NCBI RefSeq assembly: GCF_009914755.1 | Contig: NC_060930.1 | Source: the human T2T-CHM13v2.0 reference genome, Homo sapiens | Reading direction: 5' to 3' (one strand) | DNA: 64,000 nucleotides | In this document: positions 17,146-33,800 of the stretch, piece after piece | How positions within the stretch are numbered: the stretch's first letter is position 1 | How the letters are laid out: each line of letters opens with the position of its first letter | Notes under the pieces: generated by a model | Seen by the model: the letters and a program-made list of their open reading frames with translations, nothing else | Databases searched by the model: none | What the model was told of the DNA's origin: nothing | Translations under genes and position numbers: made by a program

Positions 17146-17529
17146 TGTCTTAGTCCATTTTCTGCTGCTATAAAAATATACCACAAACTGCATAATTTAC
17201 AAAGAAAATAGATTTATTTCTCAGAGTTCTTAAGACTGGTAAGTCCAAGAGCATGGTGCTGACATCTGGTAGGGATCATTCTATTGTGAAAAGCATCACA
17301 TGATGAACAAGCATATGAGATGGGAGAGAGGAAATCAGGCCAAGCTCATCCTTTTCTCGGGAGCCACTCCCACAATAACTAACCCAGTCTTATGATACCT
17401 GCACCAACCCACTGATGAAGACAGAGCCCTCATGAGCAAATCACCTCTTAGAGACCTCACATCCCAATAATGTTACATTGACAACTAAATTTCAACAAGA
17501 GTTTTGACAGGGACATTCAAACCACAGCA
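17146..17529 (-). mobile_element. MaLR solo LTR (MSTC/MSTD-like)
   Basis: tgtcttagtccattttctgctgctataa...ttcaaaccacagca; perfect 5-bp TSD gtgat. Confidence 0.88.
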
Positions 17530-17830
17530 GTGATCCAAACCTTTCTTTCTCCGTGCCAGTCCAAGATCAACCTAAAAAAAGACTACCTGTCCTGTAGATA
17601 CATTTCGTTGGGTTTAGAGAGCTGGTGGTGGGAGTACAAACCACTGCACAGTCCGAGTTATCAAAATGAGGTTTAGTTGTAGGGGAAGTGGATTGTTGAC
17701 AGTCTTATCAAATTCCCAGGCATTTGCCTGTAAAATGAGATCACTCTAAACCTGGAGAACATTTCACTTGCAGAAGACATTACTCCCCCATTCATTTGTA
17801 ACTATTTTGTGTCCTGTGCCTTCTATTGGA

Positions 17831-17988
17831 ACTTTTCTCCCTGCCTTTCCCCTTCCTTCAATCAGTGATTCCCACCTAACCTGCAATATTCAAAACCATT
17901 CCTGATTGAGAACCACTGTTAGAAACACAACATCAAACTGTAAAATTTACAGTGACATTCAGCTGGATTTTAAAAACCAACTCCTTCA
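17831..17988 (+). repeat. 158-bp dispersed direct repeat (partner copy 15963-16454 is Alu-interrupted)
   Basis: Near-identical acttttctccctgcctttcccc...aaaaaccaactccttca at both places. Confidence 0.95.
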
Positions 17989-18271
17989 GGGCCCTTTCTA
18001 TGTCCCTGTTTTCACAACAGAATTTATCACTTTCTTCCCTAAATCTCTGTGTGGTGTTCCTGGGCAAACACATCCATCATACCCAATTAGGCAAAAACAG
18101 ACAAGAAAATCCAATTCTCTCCTCTTTCCTTCCTCCTTTATACTGAACTGCGACTAAAAGCAGCACTCACTATTAGTGATACTAATTTGGTACTTAATTA
18201 TCCTCAGGCTTCTGTCTTCCCCTAAATCTGTTCACCCTTTACCTCTGCACTTTGTCACCAATAACTGACTA

Positions 18272-18605
<334 letters not shown>

Positions 18606-21168
18606 AAAGACTCATACCTGCTCGATTCCTCCTGGTCTCTCCCGACACAGTGGTACAGACTTAATAGCTCTCAGTACCTATTGGGGTGAACTAACTAGCT
18701 GACTCCACTTCTGACACTTCCATACAGATCTGGGGAGTGACGGCAAACCTCCACTTCAAACCTGGTTTCTTGAGCAAGCCATTTTATTTATGGACAGGAC
18801 ACCAGGGGCACAGTGAGTGTTTACATGTGTATTTTAAGTCAGCATGACTGTGCGATTCCTGTATCTCCTGGGTGTTGCCTTTTCTCTTTAAAGACGGCAT
18901 TCCTGCTTCACATTTTACTGTCACGTAAGACATACTCTAGCCTCTATAATGGGTGCCGAGAAGTGGATATTGTAGCCCCAAGGGTTTTTAAGCCCCCTGA
19001 TGAACACATCATTACGCATTCACAACGGTAAAGTGCATTGTTAGGTTTTCAGCAGCCTGCAAGAGAGACCCTGCTGAGCAGGATGGAGAAAGTTGCGGCA
19101 ATTAATTGGTAGAGTTGAATTGTTAACATTCTCTCAGTGTTCCCAGCACAGGGCTCTTGACTGGCTTGCTGGAGAAAATAACTGGGGGTGGGAGAGAATG
19201 AAGGGTGGAGTAGAGGAGAAACAAACTCTCATTAAAACCCCAATCAAGCCATTTTAGCACTTTTTTTTTTTCCACAAGGCATTTCCTTTGAATCTAGAAT
19301 GCTATACTTGTTGAACGCTATTATCATAACAAATCGCTGCTCTTTCCTAAAACTTGAAATTATTTGCTTTCCTTGGGAGATTTTTGTGTAGGGTGTGTAT
19401 TGGGAAGCTCATATGCTGGATTCCCAAGAGGATATATGTTTGCACTACAGTCTCTGACAATATGCAATTCTGTACAGGTACACACATATGTAGGTATATT
19501 GTGATACCAAGACAAGTGTGCTATAACAGAACAGGGACTCCTATCATAACATGTTCCAAGTTGTGTCCATTTCTTTCTCCTCTTTGGAGTATTGGGCTGA
19601 AAGAGAAATGGGTATTTCTCAAAAATGATCTGGCGAGTGCCCAGAAAACCTTTTCGCATATAAAGGTTGCTGTCATAGTGGACGCTGGTGACAGTGCGTG
19701 CACAGGTCTTCTTTCCAGAGCTCCCTTCCACTCCTGCCTTGGTCACAGGGAGCTCCCGGTAGCCATGCCTGTTCAACACGGCCCCATACTCCGAGCCATG
19801 TTGACTGGGACCAGAGTGAGCACCAGACGCGTGCCAGACCAGTGAGAATCTCAAATTCCAGACCCCAGGACTTTGGAATAGGAAGAGGTAGACACTAAGG
19901 TGTGTGTTTTCTATCAGATAGACTGAGGGGCAGATAAAGTCATCCAGCTAAGAGAAGAAAGGAGAATAATACAAAAACAGATAGAAAAGGGAGATGGAGA
20001 GAGAGTGCTGCCTACGTGCCCAATGGAGCATCCTGTCTCTAGGGCTGACCTGTCCAGCTGACGTCCGCATTCATGGATTAAGGACCTTTCCGCTGATGTT
20101 CAGGAATGAAAAAGAAAAGCCAGGAAAGAAAATCCCCACTGAGAATCCTAAGAAGTAAATCTTCATCTTGAAGAGAAACATTCCTATGCCTCCTACATTA
20201 TTTCTACCTCCTCCAGCAGCAAATTTCTAGCAACAAAACGTATCATCAAACACATCTTATTCAGGGACAAGTGTCAGTGTGTTGTTGTCATGATTAAATT
20301 TGACTCATAGGTACTCAAAGATTTCATGTGCTATATATTTATCTACTTCTGTTATTGAGAAACTTGGAGGAAAAGACTAACTCTGTGTACAAACTCAATG
20401 CATCCCTAAATATCGATATTTTGTAGAGGTGGGGTAATTTTTACGGCATTGAAAGAACTGCCTACCCCCAAACATCCCCTACCCTTCCTAGTCAATGTGT
20501 TGCTATTTATAAATTCCATTGTTATAGTCATTCTTCTATATTAATGAGTCCTGTCCTCTGTTTTCAAAAATTTTCTTTTAAGACGTAAATATCATGTAGA
20601 AGATTTTACACACTAAACCCGTAACACAATAGCATGAATTCACTCATCAGATTAGTTAGTTGGTATTTTAAAAGCCTGAGGATCAAGGTTAACAGATGGT
20701 AATCTTTAATGGGCAAGAAAACAGATTTCTCTCACGTTGGAGAGAATTACTGGGTCTCTGTGTATGTGTGAGGGTCTATTGGTGCCGCATAGTGAACACG
20801 ACCCTATTCCTCCCTCAAGAAGCTCAAAGTTAAGTGGAACTGGGGCAGCCAGATGTATAATAACTGCAATACCTTGCAGTATCTGCACTAATTGAGCTGT
20901 GTACTTGATACAGTAGTAGCATGTGGATGGCACAAGGGGAAGGGTATGGAGTTTCATAGATGAGATGCAGCTTAAGCTGGGCCTTGAGCATGGGGAAAAG
21001 TCCATGAAGTGGATGTTCCTTCCAGGCAGAGACACCAGCCTGGGCACACAGGTGGCACGCTAAGGGGAACTGCAATATAGGATTTGATGTGGCTTTCCAT
21101 CAAACAGAAGGAAGGAGGGCCTGGAAGGATTGAATTAAATTGTTATTGGGACTGGATCATAAAGGCCT

Positions 21169-21387
21169 TGCTATGGTTTGAATGTTTGTCTTCTCTGAAA
21201 CTCATATTGAAACTTAATCCTCAATGTAACAGTATTAAGAGGCGGGGACTTTAAGAGATGATTGGATCATGAGACCTCCCAATCTTGGACTTCCCAGACT
21301 CTAGGACTGTAAGAAATAAACCTCTTTGCTTTAGAAATTACACAGTCTCAAGCATTCTGTGATAGCAACAGAAAATGAACTAAGACA
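21169..21387 (+). mobile_element. MaLR solo LTR (MST-like) with internal deletion
   Basis: tgctatggtttgaatgtttgtc...gaactaagaca, only about 220 bp long. Confidence 0.8.
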
Positions 21388-21989
21388 TGCTCTTGACACA
21401 TATCAAGATATTATATTTTTTAAAAAATACAATCCTTGGAAGCTTTGCTAACTCTAACAGGCTACCTGCTGGCCAAGATCAAATACACAGAGCCAATAGG
21501 AACTACCAAGGAGGTTGCTTCTGAATTCTCACAAACAGTGTAAGCAGAGGCCTGCCCAAGGGAAAACCAATATGGCTCTTTCTCTCAGCCTTTCTGAGAC
21601 CTGGCCCCTGAGCCCCAGGGTGACAAATGCTTTCTCAAGAGTATTCCTTTCTTTTATTTTGTTTTGATGATTTACAGGGCTTATCAAAAATGTGCATGAC
21701 TTCCTATTTACAACACTTGTAACCCTATCTCCAAAACAGACTGACATTTAGATAGTTTTAAGATTAATACTTAAAGATTTCTCTGCATTTAAACTCTACT
21801 GATTAACTCATTCAGGCATGCTAAGGTCCACCTGTGTGCAATGCTATCTATGCCTATGTCTCGAAACATAGCAAAATTTATGTTAGTTAAGGTAAAAAGC
21901 TCCCTGGTTTTGCTCATAATCAAAGGATCATTTAGGGCCATTCCAAATCAATCTCTGTCATGCATTTTTAAAAAAGAAAAAAAATCAAA

Positions 21990-22640
21990 GGATTTTTTTT
22001 TAAAGCAAGGGACACCATAAACAAAGCGAACAAACAACATATTGGAAGAAGATATCTGCAATGTGAAAACTGACAAGGGACTACGATCTAGAATACATAC
22101 AAGGAACTCCTGCCAGCCTACAAGATTGGGGCAGCCATTCTGGAAAGAATCTGGCAGCACTCAGCCAACATAAGGATGGACGTATGCTATGACCCAGCAA
22201 TCCTGTCCCTGAGACACAGGGCATCCCTGTATGCCGCTAATTCCTAGGGATTCTCCCATAAGTCAAGGGAACATGTATAAGGATGTTCATGGCAGCACTT
22301 GTGTAATGGGGAGTTGGAGGCAGTCCAGGGCCTCATCACTGCAGAAGCAGATGAGACAGCAGAGGAGCACAGGCTGGAGTACTATACAGCAGCGAGAAGA
22401 CACCACCTCCTCCCCACACGTAGCAACACACATCACGACAACATGCCGGGCAGAAAAAGTGAGAAGCAGAAGGAGGTTGTTTGTGTACCATATTCGTAAA
22501 TGCAAAACACGTTTACAATACATCTTACAAGAATACAGGCAAATAAAATACTACAAACAAACGTGTTAAACTGGTTACCTACAAAGAGGACAAAAATAGA
22601 GGTGGGGATGAGAATAAAAGCAAAGCCTGAAAACAAAGGA
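21990..22640 (+). mobile_element. Old L1M fragment (degenerate ORF2 3' end/UTR)
   Basis: ggaagaagatatctgcaa...ctagaatacatacaaggaactcctg...tatgacccagcaatcc. Confidence 0.65.
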
Positions 22641-23528
22641 GGGCCTTGAAGAAATCAAAGGTTAGAGTGTGCTGTGGCCTGGACTTCTGCATCTGAGGGT
22701 TAAAAACAAACACAACAGGGACAGGGAAGCCACTAGCCATAAGGTCCTTGAGGGGAGGGTGCAATGAGCTCCTCTCTAAATCCCTAACAGGACCCAGTAC
22801 TCTGTCCCATCTTTAGGCAACGCCTACTTTTTGAACAATGGATATTTGATTGGTCAATATTTAACAAATGCATGAATAAGAGGAACAATTAATCTAACAG
22901 AGGGTGGCCAGGACACATGGAGTCATTCTCCATAAACAAATCATCACAGATGCCCTCTTGGGTGCCAGGCACCGTGATAGATCCTGGGAGTGAAATGAGG
23001 GATGAGAGACAGTCTCTTTCCTCTTGGATGTAGGCTGAGGAAGGGCAATGGCTGAGTCAAGTGGCAATTATGACACACACTGTTGACGGCAGTGACACAG
23101 ATAAGAACAGGGCGCCCAGAGACCCTGACGTGGGGCTCCTAACCTGACTGTTCAGGAAGAGCATCCCAGAAGAAACTGATGCCCAAAAGATAAGAAGTTA
23201 CACAAGTAAGGAGGAGGGAGGGAATGGAGCATAAGAGGCAAGAAAAACTGCATGTGCAGTGGAGCCTGGGTCTGAATGTCGCTGTCGTAGCTCTGACACC
23301 TGCTGCAGGCGGGCCCATCTTCCCAGCCTTCGATACAACATAGCGGTTACTTTAACAGGTGGAGCCATACCACATTCTTAGTGTTCTCAAGCCGACTTTA
23401 TCAAACAAAAACTGCTCCCTGGGTAAGGGAAAAAGAAACAAAAAGAGCTCTTTTTCAGAGCAAGCAAATGTGCACATCCAAGTAGATAGATGGTGCCTAG
23501 AGCAGTGTAACAGAAGTCAAGTACTTAC

Positions 23529-23577
23529 CATTGTCCTGCAAAATCATTTCAATGCAACTTGAGAGCAATATAGCAAT
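23529..23577 (-). other. Candidate 49-nt internal exon of an unidentified minus-strand transcript
   Basis: Minus strand: cctttcctttcag|ATTGC...CAATG|gtaagtac, a strong acceptor and consensus GTAAGT donor. Confidence 0.5.
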
Positions 23578-23905
23578 CTGAAAGGAAAGGCTTTTAGCCA
23601 GCCGAGCTGGTTCAGGTTTCCAGTTTTCCTTTGATCCCATGATTCTAATTCTTGTTGTTTATCAGCACGGATGCTCACAGCTGATACACTTGACAAGTCT
23701 CTCTGGAAAACGTTATCACGTGTGTAGAGCTTTGGGTTCGAACTGGCTTGATGAACTGAAACTAAATCATTAGAAATGCCAGTGCTGGCCGAGCGCAGTG
23801 GCTCACGCCCGTAATCCCAACACTTTGGAAGGCCGTGGCAGGCTGACCATTCAGGAGATGGAGACCATCTTGCTTAATATGGTGCAAGCCCATCTCTACT
23901 AAAAA

Positions 23906-25514
<1,609 letters not shown>

Positions 25515-25544
25515 CTAGAAAGAATGCACAAGATCATCTATTTC

Positions 25545-25723
25545 AGGCGGTCTCAAACTTGAGCCTGCAACAGCATTCCCTAAAGGGCTGGTTAAAACTA
25601 CACAGATAGCTAGACCTCACCCAGCGTGGCCCATTCAGTAGGTCTCTGTTGGGGTTTAAGAATCTTGCATTTCTAACAACTTCCCTGAGAATGCTGTTCC
25701 AGGGACCACACTTTGAGAACTAC
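25545..25723. mobile_element. MER5A hAT-Charlie element
   Basis: caggcggtctcaaactt...gcatttctaacaac...gggaccacactttgagaactact. Confidence 0.8.
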
Positions 25724-26191
25724 TCTAATTTTATTGATGAAGATATTGAAACCCAGAGCATGTTAGTGATTCATGTAAGATCGCACACATTCTAGGTGAC
25801 CAAACCCAAGTCTTAGGAGAATGTGGTGGTTGGGAAATAAAAAGCTATGAAGATTTTTTAACTAAAGCCCTTGGTATTAGTGCATCTTATCTGGTTTTTA
25901 CAACTATCTGCCTTCTCTTTCCACCCAAGCCTGAGAAGTACTGCCAATTATGGTGTGGGGTTGTGACAGCAGCAGAGGAGGTGGGGGCGGGTACGGAGCA
26001 TCCACAAAGCCCTGGATGTTCTTGCCGGTCTTAACACCCTATCTCCAAGCTCTCTGCACAGTTTTCAGGGCATAAGTCAGAACTGTGAGAACTAGCAAGG
26101 ACTCAGCGAGAGCTTCTTACCCGTGCTTCACGACACATTAAAAGGCAAAAACGTGTTCCTGCAGATCAACCCGGAAGAGCCTGCTGCTTAC

Positions 26192-26254
26192 CGGTTGGCG
26201 CCCAGTACCTACACGGCAATAGCTGCTGCAGCCTGACAAATTCGTTGAAACTCT
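26192..26254 (-). other. Candidate 63-nt internal exon (alternative donor would extend it to 26121)
   Basis: Minus strand: ttcctttgtgtttcag|AGAG...ACCG|gtaagc; second donor CGG|gtaaga at 26121; locally elevated CpG. Confidence 0.4.
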
Positions 26255-27179
26255 CTGAAACACAAAGGAATCACCGCCAGCCTCCCTCTCCCATTGTAAC
26301 CCTGCCATTGTGCAGGTTGTAGTCTGGGAGAATGATGGCCACAGCAATTGTAGGACTTTCAATGCTTTAAACAAATGGGGGAAGGGAGGAGAACTAAACA
26401 AAACTAAACAAAAGCAACCACAGGCCTGTTTACCAGAGAGAAGTCTTAATGGGTTGCAAGAGAAAGAGCAGGAAGTCTGTGCTTTCACTCTCATTTGTCT
26501 GCTCAGTGGTGAAGAGCCTGGAATGGACAAAGATTTGGGCTTGCCACCCTTGTTTTGTTGTTCAACCCTCCCTCTTTTTTATGAGGAATTTGATGGAGGA
26601 AGCCAAGTAAGTCATCAGTGGGGGCCCTTGCCATCATCAATGTCAGTTATTGAGTTGAGGGCGCATTGTTTAGGCATTAAGAATTCAGATGCCAAGTTTC
26701 TCTATTTATCATATCTAGGGCCCTGAAAGCTATGGACGACTCACACTATTAACTGATATTTGTTGTTTAGAGCAATCTAATCCTTACAAGATACTTTTTG
26801 GATGGACTGTCTCATGATGTATTATTACAAAAATGGAAATGCTTTGCAAGAAGCATAATTCTGAATGCCACCAAAAAATAGCGATAATCTTTCTGCCCAT
26901 TGAACAGTTTTGTTCAATGAAGTGTCACAATTACACCACAGCTGTTAAACAAGTTGTGTTACTAGTTCTAAATTTGCTTCCATTCTCTTTAGAGCTACAT
27001 AGGTATGTGATTTTTTTTCTCCTCTGGAGATTTTTGATCATGGTGTGACTTAAAGGGAGGGTTTATGCATTTTATTCCAATGAATCCCAGTTTTAGTTAA
27101 CTAGCTGGTAGTTGAACAAGTCATATAATAACAATTTTCTTTCATCTTAATGCAGATTTTAAATAAAATATTCATAGCC

Positions 27180-27467
27180 TTTTTTTTTTAAATATATACA
27201 GAGGTTCACTCTGTCACCCAAGCTGGAGCGCAGTGGCACTATCAGAGCTCACTGCAGCTCAACCTCCCATGCCAAAACAATCCTCCCACTTCAACCTCCT
27301 GAGTAGCTGGAACTACCAGCATGCACCACCACACATGCCTAATTTTTCTTTTTAATTTTTTGTAGAGACAGGGTCTCACTATGTTGCCCAGGCTGCTCTC
27401 AAACTCCTGGGCTCAAGCGATCCTCCCAAAGTGCTGGGGTTATAGGCGTGATACACCATGCCCAACC
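27180..27467 (-). mobile_element. AluJ
   Basis: Antisense, with J-type ctcctgggctcaagcgatcctccc. Confidence 0.9.
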
Positions 27468-29506
27468 CACATAGCATATTATTTAAAACAATTATCTACT
27501 TAATTTTGAGAGCAAGTTACTAACAGACAATCATAGCCATCTGACCACCAGCCTGAGCTACAGCTCATCTGACCTCCTATGGCCACAACTGAAAAGGCTG
27601 AAGGAATCAGCCAGAACTCCATCTACTCAACCCACAAAGGTCTTGTTTAGAAAGGTGTTACAAGCTAGGGCTTCCAAGGTTGGGAAGCGCAAATTCTCTT
27701 TACGTTGCCTTTAATTTTTTCTTAATAACCTAGTTCAGATTTTTGAAAAGTAGAGGCTCCCAGAACAGCAGAACACACCATGCTGAGCTAGCACCTCATG
27801 CTGTGCTATAAAGAGAGTTAACACCTCCCTCCAAAACTAAGTCCACTCTTGTGGTTTGCATTATTTCCCCTGCCCTCCCCACACCCAACTCCACACAGGT
27901 GCAACTCTGATGTAGTTTTAGGGTTCCCAGAGTCATCACCTCACCATCTAAGACTTGTGTTAAAATGCTCCCTGTAAAATTCTTTACACGTTGGTTTTTT
28001 AATTGCAGAAATGCCTGATTTACTCCCAAAGAATGTTTGAAGATCCTCAGGGCTGTGCAAAGATCCATCATTATCAACAATTGCTAAGGCAGCTTAACCC
28101 TTATGTAAAATATTATGCATACAAATGGCTTTATTTTGAACCAGTTCACACTATTAAAACTTGAGTCTGGTACAGGCTTCATCCCAAGGCTGTGCTCAAT
28201 AACAGCACAGTAGCAAACACCTTGGCTATGTGTCTTCCTGTTTGGTTGGCTCATTTTATATGTTTGCACGTTTAAAAAGGCAATGGGAGTGCTAATTAAA
28301 ATGCAATCATGCAGATAAATTATATCATGTTCCTAAAAGGTAAAATGAAAACCCTTTTTATTTCAAAATCCTTGTGATACCCAAGGCAAAACACACAGTG
28401 ATCCTGAAAACAGAGAAAACCTTTCATGATTATTGCATGTTTAAAACCCAGATTTATTTCTAGATTTGTTTGCATATTGTTTATGGAATGTATAACACTT
28501 TAATTGTGAGTAATTTCTTGGGAGAGTCAAGACTTAGGGCTTTTAGTGCAAATGTTCAAGTTTCGGTAACTCTGAGTAATTTGTATTTTCTGCATTCTAG
28601 CTGTCAAATGGGGAGTACAATGCGTATCTTAAAGCCTACTCCAGTTCAGGGGTGAGGACAACCTCAAAACCCATGGTCAAGGTTCACTCAGCAGATTCTT
28701 TATTGTACCTACAGCTTACCAGCTCTCAGGGGAACTCTCCTGCCAGCAACCAAAGATCAAAGCCATCATGCTGACATCCAGCAAACTGTTTTATCTCTCT
28801 GAGCCTCAGTTTCTTTCCCTGTAAAATAAGCCTCAGTAAGGCATTGCTGACTGCTTTGGGGATTAGAGGCCCATTTGAGAATTTGCTGAAAGCCATTTAC
28901 ACTGTTCCCCTAGAAACAGCGGACGGGCACATCCTCACAAAACTGAGCACATGAATCCACTGATCCTCTGATGCACATCCAGGGACCTCAAGTTAGAACT
29001 CCAGGTCCCTTCCAGCACAGACATTCCATGTCTTCACCCAAGACCCAGTTCTCAGCTCTAGCCTGCCCCCTTTACTCACATTGCAAAATTGATCTTTGCA
29101 AAAAAAAATAAATAAAAGCATATAAAAATGAGTCAATGTGAGGATGTTCTGCTGTGGATACCATTTACAGCCCAGGATAACACGAAACCATATAAGCAAC
29201 ACAACTAATTTGGAATCATTGAAAGTATGAGACAGTCAAAGAGTAGTTTACCCACTCCCTCCTTTTAAAAGCCATGTACTTCGTTGTAAGCCTTCACTTC
29301 AAGGTCACTGTCTCTCCCATAGATTTTTACTACCTTACAGTTTCCAGTCCCAGGCTCAGATATGCTCATAACCTACTTTGGTGTTTGGAGGAGGAAACCT
29401 GTTTGAAGCGCTTAGTTTTTACCTTTCAGCTTTGATCTACATCCCTGCAGAAGTTCTAAAGTGTCACCCTGAACTCTCCTTCCCCCTCTCTCCAGGTCAG
29501 TTCTAG

Positions 29507-29660
29507 GACAGCATTTCTCATGGAATGTACCACAAAACAGTGTGATCCGTGGCCAAATGGATCTGGGAAATTCTGTACCTTGGAGATTCCCAAAGCATTT
29601 TATCATATTAAAGGTTCTGAGAAGGCCTTCATAAAGAAACCAATTTAACTTTGTTTTACT
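29507..29660. mobile_element. MER103-like hAT fragment
   Basis: cttggagattcccaaagcatttt...catattaaaggttctgagaag. Confidence 0.5.
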
Positions 29661-29682
29661 CAATGTTATAAAAACCGACGTG

Positions 29683-30000
<318 letters not shown>

Positions 30001-30714
30001 ATGTGATCATAGAATAATTTTCCTTTCCTATCCCATTTTTAGACCAGACTTAGAGAAATTCAACAATCTAGTCTCTCCTATGTTCTCAGCCAATGGACTC
30101 TCAATGAGCTTAATCTAGATTCTCTGTTGACCAGGTTCATTTGTCATTCCTTTTATCTAAACATCATTTTGTTCAAAGACCTCTTTCTTAGGTCTTTCCC
30201 AGCTTTGCTCACTGGTGCTGTCAAGCCACCTGGGTCCATTTCCTCTACTAGCAGTTCATATCCACACTCCCTTTTGGAACTTACAATGTACATTTGCATA
30301 TAAAAAGACAGTCACCATCTTGTCCCCCATTGTCTCCCCTTCAAACGTGTTTAAATAGAATCTTAACAATTTGGAACTGAGAGGGCCCTGAGGGATCACC
30401 CAAACATTCTTCTAACTTCATAAAGAGAACATAAAGAGAACAGACCTGCAAGGTTAAGTGACTTGACAGAAATACGGCCTGAGCTCAGATTTTTTGATCC
30501 CCAGTCCAGTGGTCCTAGGAAGTGGTTCAAGCTTCCCAGTGGCATATGAGATGATTCATCCCAGAGAGTAAATTTAGTAATTTACAATGGGGAATGAGAT
30601 GTGTCTCACACAAGACTAGTTATCTACATGGTGATCTACCCAAAGATAAAATCACACTCAGATGCTTTTTGGTAAAGGGGGGCTTAGAGATTAGGAGTTG
30701 GATTTTCTTAAGGG

Positions 30715-30860
30715 ATTGATGTGCTGGAAAGAGCACTGGCCTGGGAGTTAGGAGGCTGATTTTAATTCTAATTCTCCCATTAACCAGCTGCAAGTTCTTC
30801 ATGTCACTGGGCCTCATCAGCTAGACAGCAGCAAATTAGACAATTACCTTTAAGTCCCTC
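30715..30860 (+). mobile_element. MIR fragment
   Basis: ggaaagagcactggcctgggagttaggagg..., MIR 5' region. Confidence 0.55.
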
Positions 30861-33800
30861 CTAGCCCCACATTTAAGCTTCTGTGATTCTAAATTCTTGG
30901 AATTGCTCTGTCTTTATGTTTTCAGTATCCCTTTTATGTTTTAACACACAAACCTTTAGCCTTTGGTCGAGGGTCTTTTCAATCCATAATCACCTAGTTT
31001 TGGGAATAGAGTCATTTTTGTCCTATCATGAGCATTAGGTAAATTCCAGATTCTTGAATAAAGTGTTCTTAAACATACACACACACACACAAACCAGGTA
31101 TCCACAGCTGTTGATTTGATCTTCCTCATCCCCTCCTGGAATCTCTGAATTAATATAGCTCCCCCCTACTCACCATTATCTATTCATTCTGTCTCCATGG
31201 AAAGGCCCAGAGTGCTCAGGGAAGGCAGAGCCACGTTGCATGTGAAATCTAGACGAGTCCATTTGGTAGTCTCCACAGCTTCCTGCAACACCAAATCACA
31301 GTGTCATTAGCTTCAGATTGTTATGACAGGGTCTCTTAATTCAAGTCTGTGATAGTGCTTTTAAATCACAACATCTATTAAGTGGTTTCATTTATTTAAA
31401 GAATGTCCACTGCCCCCAGGGCCTCTGGGCATGGGTACAAAACACTGCTATCAAGAGGAGTCCACGGCAGCTCTCAGTAATCAACTAGCTGTTCATTATC
31501 ACACTTTCACCGGTAACACTAAGTACATCAACAAGGATGAACTATCAGAAACATATGATTCTTGTTCACACTTACATAAAATAGTGACAGTGCTGTTAGT
31601 AATTAGTTACCAGATCCTCAATTGCTTTGTTCTTTGGCATTAGTAATATGCCACTTGAAGTTTTACACCAAATTAACATTACCCACATTCAAGTGTTTCA
31701 AAGCCCTTTGAAAATGTGCTATCCTTCTTTACACACAAAGACGACACGCCTGACAGTAACACGTGCATTTGAATCATTTGCTTCCAGCCTTAAGTTAAGA
31801 GTGTACAGAGACATCTATTTCCACCTGACCCATTTTGGAACAGGATCATTTTATTCTGAGGTTATTAGCCGGAGTTAAGAGATTTGTCCACCATTACAAA
31901 AAATTATTTCACTATACGAAGCTAACTTACCTGTCTCAGGAATAAGTTTATTAACATGTAACCCTGTCAAACCATCAGCCTAACAGATTAAGATGAGGGA
32001 AAGCAAATTCTGAATATAACCAAGGCACTTACTCAACTAGGACTCAGCCTGGTTCCAAGCTCAGCTCATAGACAGAAACGTAATGCCAGAATTTGGGGGA
32101 TAATATTAAATAATTTTGTAATCCATGCTAAGTCCCTTAAATTCCATTTCTATTTTTCTATTTGTAGAAAGCAAATGATATCTGTTGATATCTAAATTTC
32201 TTATGAAAATGAATGAGGTAGCAATTACATGAATTACTTCCATTTTTAAGAGAAAGTGCTTCTGGAATGAAGAGGATTAGTGGAGACTAGGCAGGATCCC
32301 AAAACCGGGCTCCAAATTCTGTTCCAAAAATGTGGGTGTCTACACTGTTAAAAGAAACAAAAGCTGGATCTAATTCCATTGGAAGTAACTACCCTCACTT
32401 TTGCCTTATAAATGACCCTGTAGAAAATGTTTACATAATACCTAGGGATTTATTTTTTGTTTTCCACTGACACTATAAATCAAATGTTTTCCATTGACAT
32501 TGTAACTAGAAAATTGGATCTAAATCTTCTCACTGGTTAACACAGCCTTGTAAGATCTGGAGTCACGTAGCTTAATTTCCAAATCCATCTGAAACCCCCA
32601 GAACTTTGACTACCCATTTCCAATTGAAATATGAATGTGTCAATTAGCTATCTGGCTGAGACAGGACACATTGAATTCCAAAGCTCCAGATTTTGACATA
32701 GGATTAAATGCTTTCAATGCTATAAATGCATATCCTAGAATTACATTTAATCTTTTTCTTTTCTGTATTTTGAAGTAATTAAGTGTTAGGTTGTTGTTGT
32801 TATTGTCATTGAATGTGTTGTCTTTTATGTATGGAAATTCTCCTGACTCAACAACAGAAAAACATGCTTCTGTGGTTTTCTCTTAGTAGAAACTCCATTG
32901 CATTGCTCACCATTTCACCGAATTCCTCTTGCAACCATATGGAGCATGACTGGTCTGATTAAAGGGGCCCCTCTGTTTAACTGGAAGAATTTCGGTGAGA
33001 GGGTTTGCATTCAGTAACATGAAAGAAATTTAAATTTATGATCTTTGATTCTTATTATCATGGCCTAATAAACAGAACTAACTATCTCAGATATTATAGG
33101 AATGTAATCAAACATTTATTGGGGAAATATAACCTTAAATATTTACTTAAAGAATGTATTCTACATTCTAATAAGTTTTTACTATGTTGGCAAACAGAAA
33201 AGAATTACAGGATTGGGAACAAATGTTTTGTTCCTGCAAGTAATTATTTTGCTTAAAACAAAATGCTCAACTTTTTTTTCCTTTCCACAACGTGAATTCT
33301 TTGATCCTTTTGTATAAAAGGCTTAGATGATCTGTTGTCTCTAACCAGAATGACTGCATATGTTCAATAATATATCAGTTTCATCATCCACCATAGAATA
33401 GGCACATATGACAATAAATCATTTTGGGAACTTCCTGAATCTCTGCCAAGTTGTAGACAATAAAAGATCCTGCTTGTAAAGGCAGCTATAAAAGTTAATT
33501 TCATACAGGTTCCCCAGCACACATGCTACGGTTCAGTTCCAAACAGATGTGAGCTTGGAACAGCAGTGGAAAAGAGCAAGAAGCATTTTTGCTAACTTTC
33601 CGTATCAGGAGATCCAAATACTTCATGTTTTGTGCAACCTTTGGTCATTAACACATTGCAGCAGGTATGAAAAATGAATTATTCAAGCTTTTCTAATGCC
33701 TAAGATGCTATTGTTTCCAGTCTAAAGTATCCCTCCACATTCAAAAGATTATCCACCAAGCCAGACATGCAGAAACCAAGAAAATCCTCACTGAACAAAA

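Noticed and set aside
19354-19854. Overlapping antiparallel 163/164-aa ORFs
   Set aside because: Both have non-ATG starts and no recognisable homology; consistent with chance.
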